64,000 bases of DNA from Candidatus Saccharimonadia bacterium (GTDB lineage: Bacteria; Patescibacteriota; Saccharimonadia; UBA4664), in contig JBGTMQ010000017.1 of NCBI GenBank assembly GCA_041743505.1, forward strand, positions 15,680-79,679, given 5' to 3'. The notes under the pieces are model-generated. The model had not been told where the DNA came from. It was given only the letters and a program-made list of their open reading frames with translations, and did not search any database. This document shows, piece by piece, positions 19,285-27,989 of this stretch. The number at the start of each line of letters is the position of its first letter. The stretch's first letter is position 1. Position numbers and translations under genes: made by a program.

Positions 19285-19506
19285 TTACGACACATAGCGC
19301 AACCCGGTGAGCAAGATGAAACCGGCAACGGTGCAAACCGTCAAGAGCACTCGGGCCGAATGGCTCGACTTGCGCTCGGGCGACCACACCTTGATCATGA
19401 TCCAGACACCGATCGCCAGGAAAATCATGACCCAGTATTCCAATGCGACACCGTACCATGTCCCGATCGCAGCCGCGAATGCCCAGTAAATCAGCAGGAT
19501 AATCAT
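19285..19506 (-). CDS. hypothetical small membrane protein (2 TM)
   Basis: Hydrophobic 73-aa ORF in the rlmA-rnj gap; weak support. Confidence 0.25.
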   Translation of the reverse strand: MIILLIYWAFAAAIGTWYGVALEYWVMIFLAIGVWIMIKVWSPERKSSHSARVLLTVCTVAGFILLTGLRYVS

Positions 19507-19601
19507 TTGATCACCTCTCGGAGAACGAAGGCAAATTGTGAAACAGAGGCAGGATGCCACTGTTTATCTATTGTACCACATTCCTAGAATTTTTGCAAGT
19601 A

Positions 19602-21704
19602 CTATACCTCGTTAATAACCGGCAAGATCATCGGATTACGCTTGGTCTTGGAATACAGCAAGTCACCTATTTCATCCCGTAGCTTAAGCTTAAACTTAGA
19701 CCAGTCAGTCGGCTCAGACGTATTACGCTTCTCAAAGGCTTTACGGACTTCAGTCCGGGCCTTATTAATCAGCTCCTCATTCTCCTTCATGTAGATAAAC
19801 CCGCGGCTAATAATATCCGGACTCGAAATCAACCGGCCGGTCTTGCGGCTAACCGTCGCAATGATCATAAATACACCGTCACCTGCCATCGCCAGCCGGT
19901 CGCGCAACACTACACCTTCTACGTCTCCCACGCCAGCTCCATCGACCATTACCATACCGGCCGGCACGCGCTGGCCTTTCTGGGCTCGATTCGGAGTTAA
20001 TTCAAGCACGTCACCATTATCCATCACAAAAACATTGGCCTGAGGTACACCATTTTCGATAGCAATCTCGGCATTATAAACCAAGTGGTGAAACTCGCCA
20101 TGAATTGGCATATAATACTTGGGCTTAATAAGACTAATGAGCTCGGCGGCATCATCACGCTTAGCATGGCCACCCACATGAACCGGCCCATGACCCCGCA
20201 GCCCCTCGGTCATCCGGGCAAAGACGCTGGCGCCCTCGCGCATGAGGTTGTCAATAAGACCCACCACAGACTTCTCATTGCCAGGTATCACGCTCGAACT
20301 AAAGATAACCGTATCACCTGGCTTAATCTTGACGCTCTGATGATCACCAGTCGACATACGCACGAGTGCTGCGTTCTCCTCGCCCTGGGAACCCGTACAC
20401 AGCACCACTATCTGGTTATCCGGCAAGGAAGCGATATCCTGAGCCTTTACCATAAGGCCCTGCGGCACCCGCAGGTAACCCATCTTAACGCAAAGCTCGA
20501 TCGTGGAGAGCATAGATCGGCCCACCACCGCTAACCGCCGGCCCGTTTTAGCCGTAGCATCTATAATCAGTTGAACACGCGTAATAGAACTTGAAAATGT
20601 AGAGATAATAATGCGCCCATTGGCCCGCCCATAGAGGTCGTGAATGGTCGGCTCAACCAATCGCTCGCTACCACCGCGGCCGGGCTGGTCACAGCTAGTA
20701 GAGTCGCTCATGAGCAGCAGTACGCCCTCGGCAGCAATCTCACCCAAGCGGGGCATATCCATCATCTTGCCATCAAGCGGGTCGGGGTCAAGACGCCAGT
20801 CGCCGGTATCTATGATAATTCCAGCCGGCGTCCGCAACACTACGGCAGTAGAATCCGCAATCGTATGAGTTACCCGCACCAGTTCAATATTAAAACTGCC
20901 AAGCTGCACCCGTTCATGCTTATCGGGATCAAGTACCACATACTGAGGCGTATGAATCTTAAATTCCTCGATCTGTTTTGCAACCATACCCAAACTGAGA
21001 CGCGAGCCGTATATCGGCACAGGAAACTTTGGGATCATGTAGCCGGCAGCCCCAATATGGTCCATATGCCCATGAGTAATCACGATTCCGCGAACCTTAT
21101 GACGGTTGCGTTCAAGATAGGTGACGTCCGGGATAATATAGTCGACACCCGGCTGCTTAGCCTCCGGAAAGCCGAAGCCCATATCGAGAATCACAATGTC
21201 GTTACCATACTCAACGGCCATCATATTCTTCCCAATCTCACCAAGACCGCCCAACGGGATAACCCGTATCATCGGCTCACGAGTAACCTGGTTGGCCGTC
21301 CCGCGGCCCTGGATGGCTGGCCGTACCTGGCTTTTCTTGCTCTGCTGAACGCCATCCGTGCCGTTAAAGACACTTTTGTTAACCGGCATCGTATCCAGCG
21401 CCGGGATCAAATCAGTGTGATTCGGTACCTGCTGCTGACCATTTCGCCGCCGGCCACCCCCACGGCCCCCGCCACCACCTCGGCCACCGCCGTTACCGCC
21501 ATTGTTATTGCCGCTACCCTTTTGTGGCCTCGGCTGGGCCAATTTTGGCCCAGGTACACCCTCAGACACCGGTCGGTTCGGGTCCTTAGTCACGGCCGGC
21601 TTTTGAAACCGCGGCGGGCGCGGTGGTCGCTGCGGCCGGTTATTAGGCCGGGCCGAACCTGGCTGAGGAGTATTTGAATTGTTATTGTTATTATTAGGCT
21701 CCAT
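19602..21704 (-). CDS. rnj: ribonuclease J (metallo-beta-lactamase/beta-CASP RNase) with an N-terminal low-complexity extension of about 130 aa (Asn/Pro/Gly/Arg-rich)
   Basis: HGHMDHIG zinc motif, beta-CASP region and C-terminal domain; N-terminus MEPNNNNNNSNTPQ...GGGRGGGGGRGGGRRR. Confidence 0.9.
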   Translation of the reverse strand: MEPNNNNNNSNTPQPGSARPNNRPQRPPRPPRFQKPAVTKDPNRPVSEGVPGPKLAQPRPQKGSGNNNGGNGGGRGGGGGRGGGRRRNGQQQVPNHTDLIPALDTMPVNKSVFNGTDGVQQSKKSQVRPAIQGRGTANQVTREPMIRVIPLGGLGEIGKNMMAVEYGNDIVILDMGFGFPEAKQPGVDYIIPDVTYLERNRHKVRGIVITHGHMDHIGAAGYMIPKFPVPIYGSRLSLGMVAKQIEEFKIHTPQYVVLDPDKHERVQLGSFNIELVRVTHTIADSTAVVLRTPAGIIIDTGDWRLDPDPLDGKMMDMPRLGEIAAEGVLLLMSDSTSCDQPGRGGSERLVEPTIHDLYGRANGRIIISTFSSSITRVQLIIDATAKTGRRLAVVGRSMLSTIELCVKMGYLRVPQGLMVKAQDIASLPDNQIVVLCTGSQGEENAALVRMSTGDHQSVKIKPGDTVIFSSSVIPGNEKSVVGLIDNLMREGASVFARMTEGLRGHGPVHVGGHAKRDDAAELISLIKPKYYMPIHGEFHHLVYNAEIAIENGVPQANVFVMDNGDVLELTPNRAQKGQRVPAGMVMVDGAGVGDVEGVVLRDRLAMAGDGVFMIIATVSRKTGRLISSPDIISRGFIYMKENEELINKARTEVRKAFEKRNTSEPTDWSKFKLKLRDEIGDLLYSKTKRNPMILPVINEV

Positions 21705-21814
21705 AGATCCTTTCTATGATTTTTTTATTAAGAGAAATGATATTGTCACTCCGAACACGAGCCGCAAAAGCTGGTTTTCGAACCGAGTCCGCAGGACAAA
21801 GTTTCTTCTATTAG

Positions 21815-22393
21815 TTACGTAATTTTCTTTAAAATAGCGGGAATTAAACCAAAATCATCTACCAAAGTTTGCCGCATCGCACCGTTATAAAGCGCGGCTG
21901 CGGGATGAAACAGCGGTAAATATACCTGGCCCATTTTGCGTACCGGCTTCCCATGGGCCTGACTGATCCTCAACTCGGGTAAAAACACACTCATAGCATG
22001 CCGGCCCAGAAACACCACCAGCTTGGGTTTAATAATCGCCAGTTGCCGTTCCAAATACGGGATAAACACCTCAATTTCCTCCGGCTCAGGATCACGGTTA
22101 CCGGGCGGCCGGTACTTGACGATATTGGTGATGTAAATGTCCCCCCGTTCAAGGCCAATGCCGGCCAGCATCTCGTTCAGAAATTTCCCGGCCGCGCCCA
22201 CAAACGGCTCACCCTGCAAATCTTCGTTCTTGCCCGGCGCCTCACCAATAAACACAATCTCCGAATTCGGATTGCCCACCCCAAACACCAATTGGGTCGC
22301 CGTCTCCTTCAAATGCGGCGTCACCCCATCTGCCTCAATGGCTCGGGCAATATCAGCTAACAATTTGGCTTTATCGGTTGCAGGTTCGTCCAT
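21815..22393 (-). CDS. uracil-DNA glycosylase, family 4
   Basis: GEAPGKNEDLQGEPFVGAAGKFL and the C-terminal HPAAALYN motif typical of family-4 UDG. Confidence 0.8.
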   Translation of the reverse strand: MDEPATDKAKLLADIARAIEADGVTPHLKETATQLVFGVGNPNSEIVFIGEAPGKNEDLQGEPFVGAAGKFLNEMLAGIGLERGDIYITNIVKYRPPGNRDPEPEEIEVFIPYLERQLAIIKPKLVVFLGRHAMSVFLPELRISQAHGKPVRKMGQVYLPLFHPAAALYNGAMRQTLVDDFGLIPAILKKIT

Positions 22394-22478
22394 ATACCCT
22401 CAAACAAACACTCGGGGCGGCAATTACCGCGTCCCTTCGGGCGTCCAAATCACTTCAGGCGCCCTCGTGACGTAGTAG

Positions 22479-24593
22479 CTAATCTTTTTTATTAACCGCT
22501 TTCATACTCAAGTTGAGTCGGCCCTGCCCATCGACCTCCATCAATTTTACACGAACCTCATCACCCACCTTCACCACGTCCTCCACCTTGGCCACTCGCT
22601 CATCGGCCAGCTGGCTGATATGCACTAGGCCGTCCTTGCCCGGCAAAATATTCACAAATGCCCCGAATTCCATCAGTTTCACCACTTTACCGGTATAAAT
22701 AGTGCCCACTTCAGGGTCTTCGGTCAGCCCGCGGATAATCTCGATCGCCCGCTCAGCTCCCTCAGAATCAGTCGAGGCAATCATCACCAGGCCCGAGTCC
22801 TCGATATCGATCTCCACGCCTGTCTCAGCGATAATTTTGTTAATAGTCTCGCCACCCTTACCAATGACCACCGCGATCTTCTCGGGGTTAATCATCAGCT
22901 TGGAGATCCGCGGCGCTAGCGGGCTCAAGTCCGGCCGTGGCTTATCCAGTACTTCTAACATCTTACTCAAGATGTGTGCCCGGCCAATCTTAGCCTGGGC
23001 CAGCGCATCCCGCATAATCGCAGGCGTAATACCCTTCACCTTAATGTCCATCTGCAGAGCCGTAATCCCATCCTCGGTCCCGGCTACCTTAAAGTCCATG
23101 TCGCCGGCAAAATCCTCGGCACCCTGGATATCGGTCAAGATAATGTAATTATCGCCCTCGCCCTTAATGAGTCCCATAGCAATACCCGACACCGGCTTCA
23201 ATATAGGCACACCGGCGTCCATCAAGCTCAACGTCGAGCCACACACGCTCGCCATCGAGCTCGAACCATTCTGGCTCAACACCTCGCTAACGGTCCTAAT
23301 CGTGTACGGAAAGTCCTCCACGGCCGGAATCACCGGCAATAGCGCCCGCTCGGCCAATGCCCCGTGACCAATCTCGCGGCGGCCCGGCGAGCGCATCGGC
23401 TTCACCTCACCGCTCGAGTAACCCGGCGCATTGTAGTGGTGCATGTACCGTTTGGTCGTATCCTCTTCCATCGTGTCTATCATCTGTGCATAGCTCGTAC
23501 TAGCAATCGTCGTCACGTTCAGCACCTGGGTTGTGCCACGAGTAAATAGCGCTGAGCCGTGTGCTCGCGGTAGCAATCCCGCCTGCCCCGAAATCGGCCG
23601 GACCTCAGTCGTCTTGCGCCCATCTGGACGCTCACCGTCCTCCACAATACCCCGCCGGATCTCATAATCAATCACCTTGCGAAAGGCCACTTCCATGTCG
23701 GCATGCTCGTAGTCATTCTCAAATTGCGCCAACACCTCTTTCTCGAGGTTCCGAATCGCATCATGACGTACATAATGGTCTTGATGCCGAATTGCCGGAC
23801 CCAACCGGTCCTTCAAAAATCCCCGGATAGCCTCAGCCAAGTCTTCGTCAGCCCGAAACAGCTCGTATTCCTTGGGCTTCGCACCCAGCTCTTTCACAAT
23901 CTTCTCTTGGAGATCAATCACCGGCTGAACCGCCTTATGCGCTAGCTCAATTGCGGCAATCATTGTCTCCTCGTCCACCTCCATAGCGCCGGCTTCCACC
24001 ATCATAATGGCGTCCCGCGTCGCGGCCACAGTCAAATCAAGCTTGGAGGTCTCCATTTGCTCAGCCGTCGGGAAAGCTACCAGCTCACCGTCTACCAAAC
24101 CAACCCGCACGCCCGCCACCGGCCCCTCAAATGGAGCTCCAGATAGCATCAACGCCGTCGACACCGCCGTCATGGCAATAATATTCGGCGCGTACACCTG
24201 GTCCGCACTCAAAACCATCGCCACCGACTGCACATCATGCCGGTAACCCTTAGGAAACAGTGGCCGCACCGGCCGGTCAATTAGCCGCGCACTCAGCGTG
24301 GCATGCTCACTCGCCCGGCCCTCGCGCTTAATAAACCGCGAGCCACTAATCTTACCAGCCGCATAAAACCGCTCTTCATAGTCAACCAACAATGGGAAAA
24401 AATCAATCCCGTCCCGCGGGTTATTGCTAACTACAGCCGTTCCCAGCACCATCGTGTCGCCATAGCGCACCGTCACGGCGCCATCGGCCAAAAAGGCCAT
24501 CTTGCCGGTTTCAATAGTCAACTCACGCCCACAGAACTCGGTCGTAAACTGCCGAATCGCACCCCCAAACGGGTGAATTATATCTTGCTTCAT
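22479..24593 (-). CDS. pnp: polyribonucleotide nucleotidyltransferase (PNPase)
   Basis: Two RNase PH domains, KH and C-terminal S1 domain (GKVVKLMEFGAFVNILPGKDGLVHISQL); 704 aa. Confidence 0.95.
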   Translation of the reverse strand: MKQDIIHPFGGAIRQFTTEFCGRELTIETGKMAFLADGAVTVRYGDTMVLGTAVVSNNPRDGIDFFPLLVDYEERFYAAGKISGSRFIKREGRASEHATLSARLIDRPVRPLFPKGYRHDVQSVAMVLSADQVYAPNIIAMTAVSTALMLSGAPFEGPVAGVRVGLVDGELVAFPTAEQMETSKLDLTVAATRDAIMMVEAGAMEVDEETMIAAIELAHKAVQPVIDLQEKIVKELGAKPKEYELFRADEDLAEAIRGFLKDRLGPAIRHQDHYVRHDAIRNLEKEVLAQFENDYEHADMEVAFRKVIDYEIRRGIVEDGERPDGRKTTEVRPISGQAGLLPRAHGSALFTRGTTQVLNVTTIASTSYAQMIDTMEEDTTKRYMHHYNAPGYSSGEVKPMRSPGRREIGHGALAERALLPVIPAVEDFPYTIRTVSEVLSQNGSSSMASVCGSTLSLMDAGVPILKPVSGIAMGLIKGEGDNYIILTDIQGAEDFAGDMDFKVAGTEDGITALQMDIKVKGITPAIMRDALAQAKIGRAHILSKMLEVLDKPRPDLSPLAPRISKLMINPEKIAVVIGKGGETINKIIAETGVEIDIEDSGLVMIASTDSEGAERAIEIIRGLTEDPEVGTIYTGKVVKLMEFGAFVNILPGKDGLVHISQLADERVAKVEDVVKVGDEVRVKLMEVDGQGRLNLSMKAVNKKD

Positions 24594-24872
24594 GCAAATC
24601 CTTCTTATGGAGTAATGGCGCTGTACGTACCAGGGACAAGAGATTAAAACAATTTAATCCCAAAGCTCCAACACATACTTACTTCAACGCCACACAAGGT
24701 TAATTAACCTGGATGTGTATTACGGGCATTATAGCATAAAAGCTACCTGAGCTCAAATATACCCCACTTTAAACCTGCAAATAACACTATAATCCAAACC
24801 AACATTATCTATCGAGACAGCAAATGAGCCGGCCAATCTGGCCGACCCTCTTGCTTGATTCATTACCGCCTA

Positions 24873-25139
24873 TTACCGGCGTAGGTCGAGCTTCTTAAGC
24901 ACTTCCTGGTAGCGGTTTACGTCTCTCTTGCTCAAATAGTCGAGCAATGAGCGTCGCTTGCCGACCATCTTTAGAAGACCGCGGCGTGAGTGCTCGTCCT
25001 TCTTGTGCTCTTGCAAATGACGGGTCAAGCTCTTGATCTGCTCAGTAAAGATGCCGATCTGAACCTCCGGCGAACCGGTGTCCTTCTTGTGAACCGCAAG
25101 TCCTGCGATAACCTTAGTTTTCGTGTCAGGCTTTAACAT
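24873..25139 (-). CDS. rpsO: 30S ribosomal protein S15
   Basis: 88-aa; [29 protein letters not shown] is the S15 signature; conserved position upstream of pnp. Confidence 0.95.
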   Translation of the reverse strand: MLKPDTKTKVIAGLAVHKKDTGSPEVQIGIFTEQIKSLTRHLQEHKKDEHSRRGLLKMVGKRRSLLDYLSKRDVNRYQEVLKKLDLRR

Positions 25140-25281
25140 AACGAAAGAATACTAGCATTTTTCCCCATATTAAGCAAGTCCCATAGGGGTACCCAGCCAA
25201 CCTCAGTGCTCAAATCGAGCTTATAGCGCTAGGGTTAGCCCTCCAGCCGGAAGTAGTAAATTCCAGCTGGAAGTAGGCAGT

Positions 25282-25431
25282 TTAACACAGAAGAGCTCCC
25301 AGGACGGCGAGAACAATCAGCATGCCAAAAACAAAGAGCATCACTCCTCCCAGTAGCAAGATCAAATACACAACGACGGAAACCACCACAACCATCACGA
25401 TGATGGCCAGAATCGCCTCAATCAAGCACAT
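25282..25431 (-). CDS. candidate 49-aa hydrophobic peptide (MCLIEAILAIIVMVVVVSVVVYLILLLGGVMLFVFGMLIVLAVLGALLC)
   Basis: GGAGAG RBS 7 nt upstream of the ATG; co-directional and immediately downstream of membrane paralog A; below the ORF-track size cutoff. Confidence 0.3.
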   Translation of the reverse strand: MCLIEAILAIIVMVVVVSVVVYLILLLGGVMLFVFGMLIVLAVLGALLC

Positions 25432-25449
25432 CTCTCTCCAGACAACTAC

Positions 25450-25815
25450 TCAGGCCGGATTATGCAGCGGCCCACGTGCCGGCGTTATGCTCTCCGCCAG
25501 TTTGGCCAAAAGTGCCTTGACCTTGGCACCCGCCTCCTTGAGTCGCTTCTTGCGCTTACCAGGACGACGGCTCGCAAACCAACAAACCAGAATGGCAGAA
25601 ACAAGGTAAACGGCCCAATGTATTATCGAGGATGCAGGCTCACCAAGGATAATATTCGACGCCATTACAAACACCGCCATTACCGCTAAAAGTGCACCCA
25701 CCACTGCTAGCAGGGGGTCAGGAGTTGGCAGAATATTCCGCCAAAGACCTATGCTCAACCCCACATTGACCGTGATTCCAAAATAAACACTGATTACAGC
25801 AATCGTATCTAACAT
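25450..25815 (-). CDS. small membrane protein, paralog A (3 TM plus basic C-terminal tail KRKKRLKEAGAKVKALLAKL)
   Basis: GGAGGA RBS before ATG 25815 (the ORF track extends further upstream in frame); tail conserved with paralog B. Confidence 0.5.
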   Translation of the reverse strand: MLDTIAVISVYFGITVNVGLSIGLWRNILPTPDPLLAVVGALLAVMAVFVMASNIILGEPASSIIHWAVYLVSAILVCWFASRRPGKRKKRLKEAGAKVKALLAKLAESITPARGPLHNPA

Positions 25816-25828
25816 GGATCCTCCAAAC

Positions 25829-26206
25829 TCAGGAAGGATTGGGCAGTGGCGCTCGGACCGGCGGCATTGATTTGACCTGCTCAATGAGCTTAGCCAAAAT
25901 GGCCTTAGCCTTGGCACCCGCCTCCCTCAGCCACTTTTTACGCTTACGCGGACCTCGCGGCCATGTGACCCAGCTCCAGATAGTAAGAGCCACGATATAC
26001 AAGACTCTCGCAACAATCGGCTCAGTACCGTCACCAAGCCATATATCAGCGACCACAGTCATCGCCAACAACGCCGCCAGACTGGCCGACAAAATCGAGG
26101 GGACCCAGCTGCCATATAATCTCATCCCACTCCGGACAAGCAGTATTCCTATCAAGCCGAAAACAAGGCTGACACTGGCGATGACAAGATGAAATGCTTC
26201 AAGCAT
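25829..26206 (-). CDS. small membrane protein, paralog B (3 TM plus basic tail KRKKWLREAGAKAKAILAKL)
   Basis: GGAGG RBS before ATG 26206; tandem paralog of 25450..25815. Confidence 0.5.
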   Translation of the reverse strand: MLEAFHLVIASVSLVFGLIGILLVRSGMRLYGSWVPSILSASLAALLAMTVVADIWLGDGTEPIVARVLYIVALTIWSWVTWPRGPRKRKKWLREAGAKAKAILAKLIEQVKSMPPVRAPLPNPS

Positions 26207-26379
26207 ACAAGCCTCCAAGTATTTACGGTAAATCAAGCTGGATTCGGCAATGCCCGACGCACCGGCAACCTGAACTCAATTCATTAAGTCAGCCATTCGC
26301 CAAGGAATCGGTCAAAGAACTCGCCAAACGCGCCCGTATACTATGCACATTTTCAAGTAAAATATCAATATATAACCAT

Positions 26380-27306
26380 CTACTCAGAATGCCGTTTGAG
26401 CGGGATTGTCCACTCCGGCATCGTTGGCTCACCAGGAGCAATCAGCCGCTCTGCGGTAACAGGCTGCTGCCGCTCATCATACGCATCAAGGTGCTTTTGA
26501 GCATGCGGCACACAGAAAGTATCATCATCCAGCCGCCGGTCATGTGGCGTGGGCAATTGAAGCTGCCATACCGCTCGCGTAACGGACGGGCCCTTACAAT
26601 CCTTACAACATCGGAATTCACCGGGGCTACTCTTACTAATGGTTGTTAATGCCTGGTCGGCCAAGCCAATTATTTCCCCATAGGCGTCCCGAAGTTCCTC
26701 GGCCTGAGACCCAGGCGCTTCAAGCATAGTCGTCACCCGGTCTAGCCGCTCAGCCAGCGCTTTATTCAGGGCAGCAACGGTCCCCCAACGCCCTTGGGCG
26801 GCCACAGATTCGCCCAGCTCAGACAAAGGCGCCTCATCCTGGGGCTCCAAGCCACTAAACTGCTCGATCCAAGCCCTGGTATTCTTAGCGTTCTCCATGA
26901 GGTGGATATAGTGCCCAAAGATCATGTGTTCAGTAGCAACAGGGTCTTCATCAAGGTACCGCTCAATACCAGCCAGCATATATCCATCATTCTTAACATT
27001 CCGGACTACGCAATCCCAGTACGAATCAAACGCCTTCTCGCCCTTTAGCTCATTGCCATATCCCGGCTTAATCTCAGACTGCGCCTTCGCGGCCTCCAAA
27101 GACGCCGCCACGACAACCTCCTCCACATAATGCCACTCGCCAGAATATGGCGCCGTTTCACACCAGGCCCCCACTCTGTAAACCGGTCCTTCGGCAGGCT
27201 GCTCCAAAGCCTCCTGATGTTTCGGTACCTCAGGCACCCAGGCCGTAAATTCAGCCCCGTTACCATCAGCCGACTCAGGCCTTGGCCCGCCGCCCCGCTC
27301 GCTCAT
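26380..27306 (-). CDS. hypothetical protein (308 aa, acidic, C-terminal CC-x2-C cluster), translationally coupled to truB
   Basis: Start overlaps the truB stop (ATGA); sits where ribF normally lies between truB and rpsO. Confidence 0.45.
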   Translation of the reverse strand: MSERGGGPRPESADGNGAEFTAWVPEVPKHQEALEQPAEGPVYRVGAWCETAPYSGEWHYVEEVVVAASLEAAKAQSEIKPGYGNELKGEKAFDSYWDCVVRNVKNDGYMLAGIERYLDEDPVATEHMIFGHYIHLMENAKNTRAWIEQFSGLEPQDEAPLSELGESVAAQGRWGTVAALNKALAERLDRVTTMLEAPGSQAEELRDAYGEIIGLADQALTTISKSSPGEFRCCKDCKGPSVTRAVWQLQLPTPHDRRLDDDTFCVPHAQKHLDAYDERQQPVTAERLIAPGEPTMPEWTIPLKRHSE

Positions 27307-27971
27307 GACACATCTCGCAAATGCTGTTCAAGACTAGCCGCCTCAACCTCATCGAGCACCAGCGCTTCGCCCAACCTATATTTGCCCACCTCTGTCCGTA
27401 CCAAACCGCTCAAATAAGCCCCGGTGCCAAGTATCTCGCCCAAATCCTCAGCCAACGTACGAATGTAGGTGCCACTCGAAACTTTTGCCTCCAGTTCTAC
27501 GATCGGATACTCATAACTGACCAGTTTGTTCTCGTAAATCACTACCGGACGCGCTGGAATCTCCACTGTCCGCCCGGCTCTGGCATACTTATACGCCTCC
27601 TTGCCGTCAATCTTGATAGCCGAATAAACGGGCGGAACCTGTGTTATGTGGCCGCTCAACCGCTCTAGAGCCTCCAGGATGGCCTCCTTAGCCGCGGCCG
27701 TATCGGACACGGCTGTCTTTTCGCCTTCGCCATCCCCAGTCGTGCTGGTGGCGCCCAGCGTTACCTGTGCCACATAGCGCTTATCAAGCTTGGTCAAAGC
27801 CTCCGCCTGCTTACAGGCTGTTCCAAACAGCATCAGCATCAAGCCGCTCGCCAACGGGTCCAATGTCCCGGCATGACCAATCTTGCGCACACCGGTAACC
27901 TTGCGCAAACGACGAATCACGTCAAAAGACGTGATTCCAATAGGTTTATCTATCAGTAACAAGCCGTTCAT
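27303..27971 (-). CDS. truB: tRNA pseudouridine(55) synthase TruB (short form, no PUA domain)
   Basis: GHAGTLDPLASGLMLMLFG catalytic-Asp motif; 222 aa. Confidence 0.85.
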   Translation of the reverse strand: MNGLLLIDKPIGITSFDVIRRLRKVTGVRKIGHAGTLDPLASGLMLMLFGTACKQAEALTKLDKRYVAQVTLGATSTTGDGEGEKTAVSDTAAAKEAILEALERLSGHITQVPPVYSAIKIDGKEAYKYARAGRTVEIPARPVVIYENKLVSYEYPIVELEAKVSSGTYIRTLAEDLGEILGTGAYLSGLVRTEVGKYRLGEALVLDEVEAASLEQHLRDVS

Positions 27972-27989
27972 ACGACTAGTATACCTGCT

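Noticed and set aside
20640-21677. 345-aa ORF on the + strand
   Set aside because: It lies wholly antisense to the RNase J gene. Long antisense ORFs are expected from the GC and codon bias. It has no RBS and an Arg/His/Leu-rich low-complexity composition.
25322-25609. 95-aa + strand ORF rich in Thr and Ile
   Set aside because: It is antisense to the 49-aa hydrophobic peptide and the 3' end of membrane paralog A, and has no RBS. It is a mirror-image artefact of a hydrophobic coding region.
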